NCBI RefSeq assembly: GCF_000008665.1
Contig: NC_000917.1
Span: 390,001 to 422,000, forward strand
Reading direction: 5' to 3'
From: Archaeoglobus fulgidus DSM 4304
GTDB lineage: Archaea > Halobacteriota > Archaeoglobi > Archaeoglobales > Archaeoglobaceae
Length of the DNA: 32,000 nt
The notes under the pieces were generated by a model. That model did no database searches, had not been told where the DNA came from, and saw only the letters and a program-made list of their open reading frames with translations. The translations under genes and the position numbers were made by a program. How positions within the stretch are numbered: the stretch's first letter is position 1; every line of letters begins with the position of its first letter. This document shows, one piece after another, positions 17,984 through 25,661 of this stretch.

Positions 17984-18000
17984 AAAAAGCTATATATATT
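17984..18000 (+). promoter_or_regulatory. Candidate internal promoter (TATA box) for the KaiC-like operon
   Basis: AAAAAGCTATATATATT starts 8 nt after the kinase stop (17974-17976). The TATATATAT core (17991-17999) lies about 34 nt upstream of ATG 18029, which is the spacing of a short-leader archaeal promoter. Confidence 0.5.
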
Positions 18001-18028
18001 GGGAACCATATTAACCAAGGGATCCAAA

Positions 18029-18394
18029 ATGACAATGATAATGAGGAGTATCATTGATTCTTTAGAAGCTCTGTTTTCAAGTTTCTTTTCGAGCATAGCC
18101 CCAAACTTGTATGAAGTTTTGAACTTTCACTGCAAGAAGCATACAGGAATGAATTTTGCTGAAGCCACTCTTAAAAATCCCAAGCTCACCTACGAGTTTC
18201 TCGTGAAGTTCTTCGATTCGGAGATGGCAGTTGACGTTCTTGACTACCTGCTCAGCAATTTTCTGAAGAAGTATAGCATTCGAGCCTACGGAATCCTGAA
18301 AAGCTTTAAAAGTGGGGATAATAAAAAATTGATTGAGGTGGCTAAGTTATACAGCAAGGTGATGCAGAATGGAGGCGGTAAAGACAGGGATTGA
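18029..18394 (+). CDS. Hypothetical small alpha-helical protein (121 aa), translationally overlapped with the KaiC-like gene
   Basis: ORF 17966..18394. The GTG at 17966 would overlap the kinase gene and read through the TATA element, so ATG 18029 (MTMIMRSIIDSLEALF...) is preferred. I recognise no family motif. The 3' end overlaps the KaiC-like start by 26 nt. Confidence 0.5.
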   Translation: MTMIMRSIIDSLEALFSSFFSSIAPNLYEVLNFHCKKHTGMNFAEATLKNPKLTYEFLVKFFDSEMAVDVLDYLLSNFLKKYSIRAYGILKSFKSGDNKKLIEVAKLYSKVMQNGGGKDRD

Positions 18395-19700
18395 GGGTTT
18401 TGATGATATTTTTGGAGGATTCTACAGGGGCCAGATAATACTTATTGCCGGTAATCCCGGCTCCGGAAAAACGACTTTTTGTGCTAAGTTTCTTTATGAA
18501 GGGGCCAGAAGATTCGGTGAAAATGGACTTTACATAAGCATTGGCGAGTCGAAGGAGGAGTTTTACGAGTACATGAAAAAACTTGGGATGGACTTTGAGA
18601 AACTGGAGAAGACGGGCTCATTCAAATATGTGGAAATGCTCGCACCCACCTCGGAAGATGCGCTAATGCAGCTATCGAGAGAGCTAACTAAAAATGCCCT
18701 CGAATTGAAAGCGACGAGAATCGTCATCGACTCAATTTCTCCCATACTGTCGATGAATCCCGAGACGGCAAGGGCAATTCTGCACAACGCCCTCAAAACC
18801 ATTAGCAGGGAGCTGAAGTCGGTTGTGCTGATGACAGAAGAGATGCCAATAGGCGAGACGAGAATCGGTCAGGGGATAGAGGAGTTCGTTGTTGATGGAG
18901 TTATAGTTCTCAGGCTTGAAGTTCCAGAGGCTGGGGCTCCTGTTAGAACGATGAGTGTGCTGAAGCTCAGGGGAAAGCCGCTGGACAGGGCTGTGTACAA
19001 CTTTGAAATAGGACCTCCTTCAGGTGTGAGAGTGCTGATGCACGGAATAGAGGAGCTCGAGTCGAACATAGATTTTAATAACAAAATAGCCACCGGCATT
19101 GATGGTTTTGATGAACTTTTGGGTGGTGGCATCATCAGGGGAACTGCGACGGCATTCGTTGGACCTTCCGGAGGGGGAAAAACAGTGCTCATGCTTAGCG
19201 CAGCAGCCAATGTTGCCATTAACGGTGAGAATGTTACCTATATCTCCTTTGAAGAGCCAAGGCAGCAGATTGAAGAAACCTTAAAATTCCTTGGCTACGG
19301 AGAAGTAGAAGGTCTCGAGATTTTGAGCCTAAATCCGAGGATGATATCTTTAAGGGCGCTATACGACATACTATCTAAGACTGTTCTGGACCACCGCACA
19401 ATGCTTTTCATCGACGGGCTGAACGCAATCAGGAGGGAGTTTGGAGAGGCTTTTCACAGAGTGGTTAGGGATGTGGTGTTTCAGATGAAAAAGAACGGGA
19501 TAACAGTTGTTATCAGCCTAATTGGCGGTACTATCAAGGAGACTCTTTTAAGCACCATCGTTGATAATGTAGTTGAGCTGAGGGTGGTGGAGAAAGATGG
19601 CGAACTTAGGAGGGAGATCGCAGTTCGTAAAGCGAGGATGTCCAGAGCTTCTAACGAAGTGAAAAGACTCGTCTTCGACGGAAAGCCTGCGGTGAGATGA
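18369..19700 (+). CDS. KaiC-like double RecA-superfamily ATPase
   Basis: 443 aa, two tandem KaiC/RadA-type domains. Domain 1: TGIEGFDDIFGGFYRGQIILIAGNPGSGKTTF, with Walker B RIVIDSIS. Domain 2: TGIDGFDELLGGGIIRGTATAFVGPSGGGKTVL, with YISFEEP (catalytic Glu pair) and Walker B MLFIDGLN. Confidence 0.9.
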   Translation: MEAVKTGIEGFDDIFGGFYRGQIILIAGNPGSGKTTFCAKFLYEGARRFGENGLYISIGESKEEFYEYMKKLGMDFEKLEKTGSFKYVEMLAPTSEDALMQLSRELTKNALELKATRIVIDSISPILSMNPETARAILHNALKTISRELKSVVLMTEEMPIGETRIGQGIEEFVVDGVIVLRLEVPEAGAPVRTMSVLKLRGKPLDRAVYNFEIGPPSGVRVLMHGIEELESNIDFNNKIATGIDGFDELLGGGIIRGTATAFVGPSGGGKTVLMLSAAANVAINGENVTYISFEEPRQQIEETLKFLGYGEVEGLEILSLNPRMISLRALYDILSKTVLDHRTMLFIDGLNAIRREFGEAFHRVVRDVVFQMKKNGITVVISLIGGTIKETLLSTIVDNVVELRVVEKDGELRREIAVRKARMSRASNEVKRLVFDGKPAVR

Positions 19701-20083
19701 TGGATGCAGCCAGAAAAATCTTAGAGAGGCTTGAAAAAAGAGGATACAAAATCATAGAAAGAGAGAAAGTGAGAGGTGAGTCTGGGATAGAGCATACCTT
19801 CGATGCAGTAATACTAGGGCCTCAGGGAAAAAGAATTGCAGTGACAATTCTTGAGAGGCTTGGATTCGAACACGTAATTCCCCTTCTTGCCTTCAGAAAT
19901 GATCACAGAATGCCCCACATCGTATTTGCAAAGGAGATCGAAGTGGGAGTTGAAAAAATCCTGAAAAATTCCAATATTGTTGTAATACATCTGAAAGACC
20001 TTTCCGTAGCTTATGATCATCCAGAGTTAAGGGAAGAACAAGTGCTTGAAAAGGTTCTGAAACTACTCGAGGACACGACCTAA
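19697..20083 (+). CDS. Hypothetical protein (128 aa), ATGA-coupled to the KaiC-like gene
   Basis: Its start ATG (19697-19699) overlaps the KaiC-like TGA (19698-19700). The secondary-structure-like pattern is helix (AARKILERLEKRGYKI), strand (EHTFDAVIL), strand (KRIAVTILE). This is faintly reminiscent of a restriction-endonuclease-like fold, but no catalytic motif is evident. Confidence 0.55.
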   Translation: MMDAARKILERLEKRGYKIIEREKVRGESGIEHTFDAVILGPQGKRIAVTILERLGFEHVIPLLAFRNDHRMPHIVFAKEIEVGVEKILKNSNIVVIHLKDLSVAYDHPELREEQVLEKVLKLLEDTT

Positions 20084-20115
20084 AAAGTTTTAAATATTAA
20101 GTTCTAAAATAATAC

Positions 20116-21033
20116 ATGGATTACATGGAACTTGTTCTGGAGAACATTCGAGACGGTATTTTCGTCATTCAGAATGATGTAATCGTTTTCGCGACCCCTT
20201 CGGTAAAAGAGGCCGGATACGATATTTCAGAAGTTGTTGGTAAAAAATTTATTGAGTTCATCTGGGAGGGGAACAGAGAGGATGTTCTCAAAATCATCAG
20301 GTCCTTAACGGATGGGGCTGAATGTGAAATCAGAGCTCTGGCTAAGAAAAAAGATGGTAGGGCATGGATAGACGCCAGGTGCAAAAAGGTTGGAGAATAC
20401 CTGATTGTTGTAGCTAGAGACGTTTCCAGGCTGGTCTCTCTTGAAACTCTGCTTAGAGCCACCTTGGACATGCTTAGGCATTCACCAAGCGAAATTGACG
20501 AAGTTGAGAACATTCTGCGTGAGTATTTTGATGATGCAAGCTTTTCAGAAAAAATTCAGGACTTCAAGATTAAAGTAGGTGAGGTCACAGTTCCCGTTAG
20601 GTTTCAGGACAGAGTGTTGGGGAGCCTCAAAATCCAGCTGCCAGACTGGTTTGAGGTCACCGCCGAGGACATGGAACTTTTCAACGTTTTAGGGGAGTGT
20701 GTAGCGAAAAACATGATCATGCTGGAGTCAAGGAGAATCATAAGAAGCTCTCTTGTAGCTATTAAGGCAGCTTCAGAGAACCTTGCTCTTCTTGTCGATA
20801 GGATAAGAAATCCCCTTGCCGCCATTAACGGTTTTGTGGAGGTAAAAGTAGGAGGAGACGTTTACGAAAAGGTTCATGAACAGGTTATGGCAATTGAGGA
20901 GATTGTGAAGACTCTCGATGACGAGTGGGAGAAGGTGGACAGGCTTGCAGATAAGCTCAGCGAAGCCTTTTCTGTTTTAGAAAAACTCGGAACGACTGAA
21001 TCTCAGAAAATAAATAAAAAACGAAAAACCTAA
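20116..21033 (+). CDS. PAS sensor with C-terminal DHp-like helix in which the phospho-acceptor His is Arg; no ATPase domain
   Basis: 305 aa. N-terminal PAS (LENIRDGIFVIQNDVIVFATPSVKEAGYDISEVVGKKF). The C-terminus LALLVDRIRNPLAAINGFVEVKV is paralogous to the H-box of the 771-aa sensor, with an AGG (Arg) codon at 20800-20802 where the paralogue has His. Confidence 0.75.
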   Translation: MDYMELVLENIRDGIFVIQNDVIVFATPSVKEAGYDISEVVGKKFIEFIWEGNREDVLKIIRSLTDGAECEIRALAKKKDGRAWIDARCKKVGEYLIVVARDVSRLVSLETLLRATLDMLRHSPSEIDEVENILREYFDDASFSEKIQDFKIKVGEVTVPVRFQDRVLGSLKIQLPDWFEVTAEDMELFNVLGECVAKNMIMLESRRIIRSSLVAIKAASENLALLVDRIRNPLAAINGFVEVKVGGDVYEKVHEQVMAIEEIVKTLDDEWEKVDRLADKLSEAFSVLEKLGTTESQKINKKRKT

Positions 21034-22928
21034 ACCTTCAAAGCCAGATCAGCTCCCTCCCTTGTTGCATCGAGAGCCTTTCTGGGCTTAACGCAGTCTC
21101 CAATCTTGTAGAGCTCGCTAACCTTGCCCTGAAGCTCGTCATACAGCCCATTGTTCGGCTTTGTACCGACAGCTATAACAGCAGTGTCACACTGCAACTC
21201 TTTCCTCTCACCATTCTGCTCCACAACCACTGCATTGGGCTTGATTTCAACAGCCTTCGTGTTGGTGAGCATCTCCACTCCCTTCTCTTTCAGGTACATC
21301 AATACGGTCCATCTTGTCGAGATGCCTATATCCTGGCCAATCTTCGGCAACATCTCCACAATTGTAACCTTCTTCCCCTCATTTGCAAGCTCTGCTGCAA
21401 CATCGCATCCAACTCCTCCTCCGCCTATAACCACCACACTGTTTCCAACCTCTGCCCTTCCTGCGAGGACATCGAAGGCTGTTACAGCATTCTCAACTCC
21501 CGGAATTGGTGGGATCAAAGGAGAAGCTCCAACGGCTATTACCGCAACATCAGGGTTCTCTGCTAAAACTTTGCCCGCATCAGCCTCCGTGTTGTATCTC
21601 ACCTCTACCCCAAGCTTTGGCAGGACGTTCATGAAGTACTTGCCCACTTCTGCAAATTCATAGCCCAAAGGTGACTTCGCAGCCAAGTTGAGCTGCCCTC
21701 CCAATTTGTCAGTTTTCTCGAATAAAACTACCTTATGCCCCTTTCTTGCAAGCATCTCTGCAGCCATGCATCCTCCCGGTCCACCTCCGACAATAACAAC
21801 CTTCTTTGGTTTTTCTGCTTTCAGATTTTCAAACTCAGCCTCCCTTCCAACTATGGGGTTAACGAGGCATGTAACTGGCTGAGCCTGCATAACCATGTCC
21901 ATGCAGCCCTGGTTGCAGGCCACGCAATACCTTATCTCATCAAACCTTCCCTCCTTGGCCTTCTTCGGCAGTTCAGGGTCGGCAATCAAAGCTCTCAGCA
22001 TTGCAACCATATCTGCCTTGCCCTCCTGCAGTATCTTTTCAGCCACAATCGGATCATTGATGCGGTGAGATGCGATAACGGGAACGCTTACAGCGCTCTT
22101 TATCTCTGCTGCAAGGTAAGCAAAACCTCCTCTGGGAACGAGCATTGTTGTCAAAGGCTTTCTGGACTCGTGCCAGCCCGCCATTACGTTGATTGCTACA
22201 ACTCCTGCATCCTCCAATATTTTGGCAATCTGCTTCATTTCTCTGACTGTGTTCCCTCCCTCGATGAACTCGTCTCCGGGGATTCGTATCATTACTGGAT
22301 AGCTCTCTCCGCACTTTTCCTTGATTTTTTGAATTATCTCAACCGCAAACCTCGTGCGGTTTTCCAAGCTGCCCCCATACTCGTCCGTTCTTTTGTTCGT
22401 TGCGGGGCTGAAGAACTGGGAAATGAGGTAGCCTGCTGAACCAATAAGCTCGACAGCATCGAAGCCAGCTTTCTTCGCCCTCACAGCTGCATCAGCAAAC
22501 TCCTCCTCGATTTGAAGGATTTCTTCTTTGGTGAGCTCTTTGGGAGTGCGCTTGGTGAAGATTGGTGGTGGTATGGGGGATGGGGCGACTGGTTGGCGGT
22601 TGGGGTCGAAGGAGATTTCGTATCTGCCTGGGTGCCATAGCTGTAAAGCGCATTTCACGTCGTACTTGTGGAAGACGTCGGCTATCTTCTTGAGGTCTGG
22701 AATAAATTCGTCGGAGTGTGCTGCTATTCCACCAAAGAAGTGGGGTTCGATTTTGGCAATCCCTACAACCGCAAAACCTATCCCTCCCTTCGCCCTCTCT
22801 TCGTAGAATCTCAAAAGCCTGTCAGTAGGTCTTCCATCGGGAGTGTGGTAGTTGAGTTCAGCAGCAGGCATTACAATGCGGTTCTTTACCTTCATTCCTC
22901 CAAACTCGATTGGCTCGAAAAGCTTCAT
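21030..22928 (-). CDS. Old-Yellow-Enzyme-type FMN domain + [4Fe-4S] + FAD/NAD(P) domain oxidoreductase (2,4-dienoyl-CoA reductase FadH / NADH oxidase family)
   Basis: 632 aa. N-terminal TIM-barrel OYE pattern (VKNRIVMPAA...LQLWHPGR...DAVELIGSAGYLISQFFSP). Cluster motif CVACNQGC. Then VVIVGGGPGGCMAAE and VVVIGGGGVGCDVAAE dinucleotide folds. Confidence 0.9.
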   Translation of the reverse strand: MKLFEPIEFGGMKVKNRIVMPAAELNYHTPDGRPTDRLLRFYEERAKGGIGFAVVGIAKIEPHFFGGIAAHSDEFIPDLKKIADVFHKYDVKCALQLWHPGRYEISFDPNRQPVAPSPIPPPIFTKRTPKELTKEEILQIEEEFADAAVRAKKAGFDAVELIGSAGYLISQFFSPATNKRTDEYGGSLENRTRFAVEIIQKIKEKCGESYPVMIRIPGDEFIEGGNTVREMKQIAKILEDAGVVAINVMAGWHESRKPLTTMLVPRGGFAYLAAEIKSAVSVPVIASHRINDPIVAEKILQEGKADMVAMLRALIADPELPKKAKEGRFDEIRYCVACNQGCMDMVMQAQPVTCLVNPIVGREAEFENLKAEKPKKVVIVGGGPGGCMAAEMLARKGHKVVLFEKTDKLGGQLNLAAKSPLGYEFAEVGKYFMNVLPKLGVEVRYNTEADAGKVLAENPDVAVIAVGASPLIPPIPGVENAVTAFDVLAGRAEVGNSVVVIGGGGVGCDVAAELANEGKKVTIVEMLPKIGQDIGISTRWTVLMYLKEKGVEMLTNTKAVEIKPNAVVVEQNGERKELQCDTAVIAVGTKPNNGLYDELQGKVSELYKIGDCVKPRKALDATREGADLALKV

Positions 22929-23045
22929 GCTGTATGGCTTGCGGGATTAGCTATAAACCTTTCGAATCCGTGTAGGATTTTACGTATATTTTCCAAAAAA
23001 TAGTAGCTTAAGGGCTAATATGTAAACCAAAATTCCAAAAACTTT

Positions 23046-23071
23046 ATTACTGAAAAATATTACTGAAAAAT
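23046..23071 (+). repeat. Perfect 13-bp tandem duplication (ATTACTGAAAAAT x2) in a promoter region
   Basis: Read directly: 23046-23058 and 23059-23071 are identical. The repeat ends 12 nt before ATG 23084. Confidence 0.85.
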
Positions 23072-23083
23072 ACATTGTTCAGC

Positions 23084-23539
23084 ATGGAAGAGGCTGAGAA
23101 AGCGAAGAGAAGGTCGATAGAGCTTCTCAACGAAACGAGGAACTGTGCCTATTCTTCCTTTGTTGCCCTTGCCGAAGCTCTGAATATCAGTCTCAACGAG
23201 GACATGAAAAACATGGCTATCGGCTTCGCCGGTGGAATCTCGGGGTCGGGACACATCTGCGGGGCCTTGTGGGGCTCCATAGCAGCAGCAAGTCTTTACA
23301 CTATGAAAATGATGGGGGACAGAAGGAAAATCCAGAACCCGCTGGAAAGGTACATGCCCGTCTATGCCAAATGCGCTGGAATTTACAGAAAGTTTGTTGA
23401 GTTAAATGGAAGCCCAAATTGCGGGGATTTAAATCCGAACCTCGACCTCGTGTCTGTGGAGCAGAGAAGGAAATGCATGGAAATAGTCAGCAGGGCGGTT
23501 GAAATCACGCTCTCCTCCCTCAAGGACCAAAAAACTTAA
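23084..23539 (+). CDS. C_GCAxxG_C_C family (putative redox-active) protein
   Basis: Contains NCAYSSFVALAEAL, GFAGGISGSGHICGALWGS, CGDL and C...V, the conserved Cys pattern of the family. The ORF-track start at 23075 is a TTG, and the ATG at 23084 (MEEAEKAKRR) is preferred. Confidence 0.78.
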   Translation: MEEAEKAKRRSIELLNETRNCAYSSFVALAEALNISLNEDMKNMAIGFAGGISGSGHICGALWGSIAAASLYTMKMMGDRRKIQNPLERYMPVYAKCAGIYRKFVELNGSPNCGDLNPNLDLVSVEQRRKCMEIVSRAVEITLSSLKDQKT

Positions 23540-23563
23540 TTAAGTTTTAAACTAAACAACAAT

Positions 23564-23622
23564 AGCTCCGCCCCTCACGCCCGGGTGAGAAGCATGATCC
23601 CGGGTCGGTTGGCGGAGCTACA
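23564..23622 (+). ncRNA. Candidate single-hairpin H/ACA box guide sRNA
   Basis: Hand fold of an intergenic sequence. Lower stem AGCTCCGCC (23564-23572) pairs with GGCGGAGCT (23611-23619), 9 bp. Internal pocket strands are CCTCACG (23573-23579) and TCGGTT (23605-23610). Upper stem CCCGGG (23580-23585) pairs with CCCGGG (23599-23604). The apical loop TGAGAAGCATGAT carries 5' UGA-GA and 3' UGA elements (K-loop-like, an L7Ae site). ACA is at 23620-23622. The upper stem lies 14-15 nt from ACA, as required for H/ACA guides. The opposite strand lacks an ACA. Confidence 0.65.
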
Positions 23623-23729
23623 CCAGCATGGAAACTATTTTGCAACAACAATCCCCAATACTGATACCCTTCTACTCTGGCTGGAAATAACATAGAAAAC
23701 TTTAAAAAATCATCATCATCAATCCGTAT

Positions 23730-24329
23730 ATGAAGTGGGGTTCAGCGTTCAGGCTTGCGGTTAAGGCCTTTCTGTTCGGACTGCTGTGGGTTGTTATAGG
23801 AGCCCTGCTGGTTACTGGTGGAGTATTCATGTTCCTCACAGGCGTCAGGATTCTCGCATTCCTTGCAGGGTTTGCAGGTCTGTTTATCATGTTCTTCGGC
23901 TTCTTTGCAGCGGTGTTCAAGGTTGGAAGCGACGCGTTCCTTGAGAAGTACGAAGCTTCACTTCAGCCTGTGGAGGTTACCTACGAGAACCAGGGCTTTG
24001 CGATGATACTCGGACAGCTCATCGACCAGGCTCTCACAAAAAACCCCTCCAAAGGAAACCTTGTGAGGGATTTGGAGGGCAATCTGGTTGTTGAGGTTAC
24101 AGACATGAACGCAGCGGCAACGGTTGAGTTTAATAAGGGCAGGATAACGGTTTACAACGGAATGCCCGCAAAAGGGAAATTCTCTATCATCTCTTCCGAC
24201 TTTGAGACCATCAACTCCCTCGCAACGGGAAAGGCGGGAATGCTGAAAACTCTAAAGCTTTTAGCCACCGGAAAGCTAAAAATAAAGGGCATAAGGATGG
24301 CAAGAAAGTTCCAGAGCCTCTTAGCCTAA
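23730..24329 (+). CDS. Membrane-anchored SCP2 (sterol-carrier-protein-2-like) lipid-binding domain protein
   Basis: 199 aa. The N-terminus has two long hydrophobic segments (LFGLLWVVIGALLVTGGVFMFL and LAFLAGFAGLFIMFFGFFAAVF). The C-terminal about 110 aa match the SCP2 pattern (...AAATVEFNKGRITVYNG...DFETINSLATGKAGMLKTLKLLATGKLKIKG). Confidence 0.72.
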   Translation: MKWGSAFRLAVKAFLFGLLWVVIGALLVTGGVFMFLTGVRILAFLAGFAGLFIMFFGFFAAVFKVGSDAFLEKYEASLQPVEVTYENQGFAMILGQLIDQALTKNPSKGNLVRDLEGNLVVEVTDMNAAATVEFNKGRITVYNGMPAKGKFSIISSDFETINSLATGKAGMLKTLKLLATGKLKIKGIRMARKFQSLLA

Positions 24330-25661
24330 AATCTTTTTTATCGCCCTCAATCCCAGCTCGTAAAGCTCCCTCGCCCTATCCTCAGTTTTTGCTTCCGCAT
24401 AAACCCTTGCAATGGGCTCAGTCCCTGAGGGGCGAATTAAAACCCACCCGTCCTCGAAGTCAATCCTCGCTCCATCGATGTGATTGGCTTCGGGAAACTC
24501 CTCCTTCAGCCCTTCAAGCAGTCTCTTCTTCTCCCTGCACTCCACTTTGCCTTTTACAATGTGGTATCTTGGAATCTCAGCCGCAAGCTCGCTCAACCTC
24601 TTTCTTTTCTCATCAAGAAGCTCCAGAACCTTTGCAACGCTCATCCCCCCATCTCTCGCAATGAGATGCTCTGGGAAAATCAGCCCACCATTTCCCTCTC
24701 CGCCGAAAACAGCTTCCTTTTCAATCATCACCTTTGCAACCACTGGCGAGCCTACGGCGGTGTAAATAATCTCTCCACCAGCCATCTTAACCGCATCTTC
24801 AACGCATTTTGAGGATGAGACTGGAGTTACCACCAACCCCCCTCCATTCTTCTCAACGTAGTGCTTTGCCATGAGAGCGAGCATCACATCCTCATTGACG
24901 AAGTTTCCCTTCTCGTCAACAAAAACCGCTCTATCAGCATCTCCATCGTGAGCAACGCCGAAATCTGCCCTGAAGTCAACAACAGCCTTCTTCAGCAAAT
25001 CCAGCGAAGCCTCTACAGGCTCGGGATTTCTTGCGGGGAATCTGCCGTCGGGGTTGCAGTTTATTCCATAAACGTCGCAGCCAAGCTCCTTCAGAATTTC
25101 GGGAGTGGTGAAGCAGCCAGCTCCGTTTCCACAGTCAACGGCAACCCTGTAGGATTTGTCAAGCTCAACTGAGTTGATGATGGCCTCTATGTACTTCCTC
25201 AGCCCCGAATTGTCTTGGTAAAGCTGCCCCACCTCGCTCCATTCTGCGATCCTGAACTTCTTGCTCATGTAAACTCTCTCGCTCTCCTCGTCCATCTCCC
25301 TGTAGAACTCCACCCCATTCTCCTGAACGAACTTGATGCCGTTATACTCTCTCGGATTGTGGCTTGCAGTCACTATAACCCCTGCTGAGCAGTCCGTCTC
25401 CTTCACGTAATACTGAAGGGCCGGTGTGGGGGCAATGCCGATGTCAACAACATCACTGCCAGTGGACATTATTCCAGCCGAAACTGCAGATTTGAGCATT
25501 GAGCTTGAAATTCTCGTGTCGCATGCGATGGCTATCTTGCCCTGCCTTAGCGTTCCAATGGTCCTGCCAAGGTTTAGAGCCATATCGGCTGTAAGCTCGG
25601 AATTTGCAATCCCTCTAACTCCATTGGTTCCAAAAAGCTCTCCGGCTCCTCCTGCTCTCAT
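24321..25661 (-). CDS. Phosphohexomutase (phosphoglucosamine mutase GlmM / phosphomannomutase family)
   Basis: 446 aa. Contains LFGTNGVRG, the active-site loop GVIVTASHNPREYNGIKF, the metal loop FGVAHDGDADR, a GEGNGG sugar-binding loop and a RPSGTEP phosphate loop. Confidence 0.9.
   Translation of the reverse strand: MRAGGAGELFGTNGVRGIANSELTADMALNLGRTIGTLRQGKIAIACDTRISSSMLKSAVSAGIMSTGSDVVDIGIAPTPALQYYVKETDCSAGVIVTASHNPREYNGIKFVQENGVEFYREMDEESERVYMSKKFRIAEWSEVGQLYQDNSGLRKYIEAIINSVELDKSYRVAVDCGNGAGCFTTPEILKELGCDVYGINCNPDGRFPARNPEPVEASLDLLKKAVVDFRADFGVAHDGDADRAVFVDEKGNFVNEDVMLALMAKHYVEKNGGGLVVTPVSSSKCVEDAVKMAGGEIIYTAVGSPVVAKVMIEKEAVFGGEGNGGLIFPEHLIARDGGMSVAKVLELLDEKRKRLSELAAEIPRYHIVKGKVECREKKRLLEGLKEEFPEANHIDGARIDFEDGWVLIRPSGTEPIARVYAEAKTEDRARELYELGLRAIKKILG

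Noticed and set aside
18369-19700. KaiC-like gene as evidence for a circadian clock, or as a cas/defence ATPase linked to the array
   Set aside because: No KaiA or KaiB is present. The gene lies 6.8 kb from the array, with unrelated genes between them, and its neighbours are signalling proteins rather than nucleases or cas genes.
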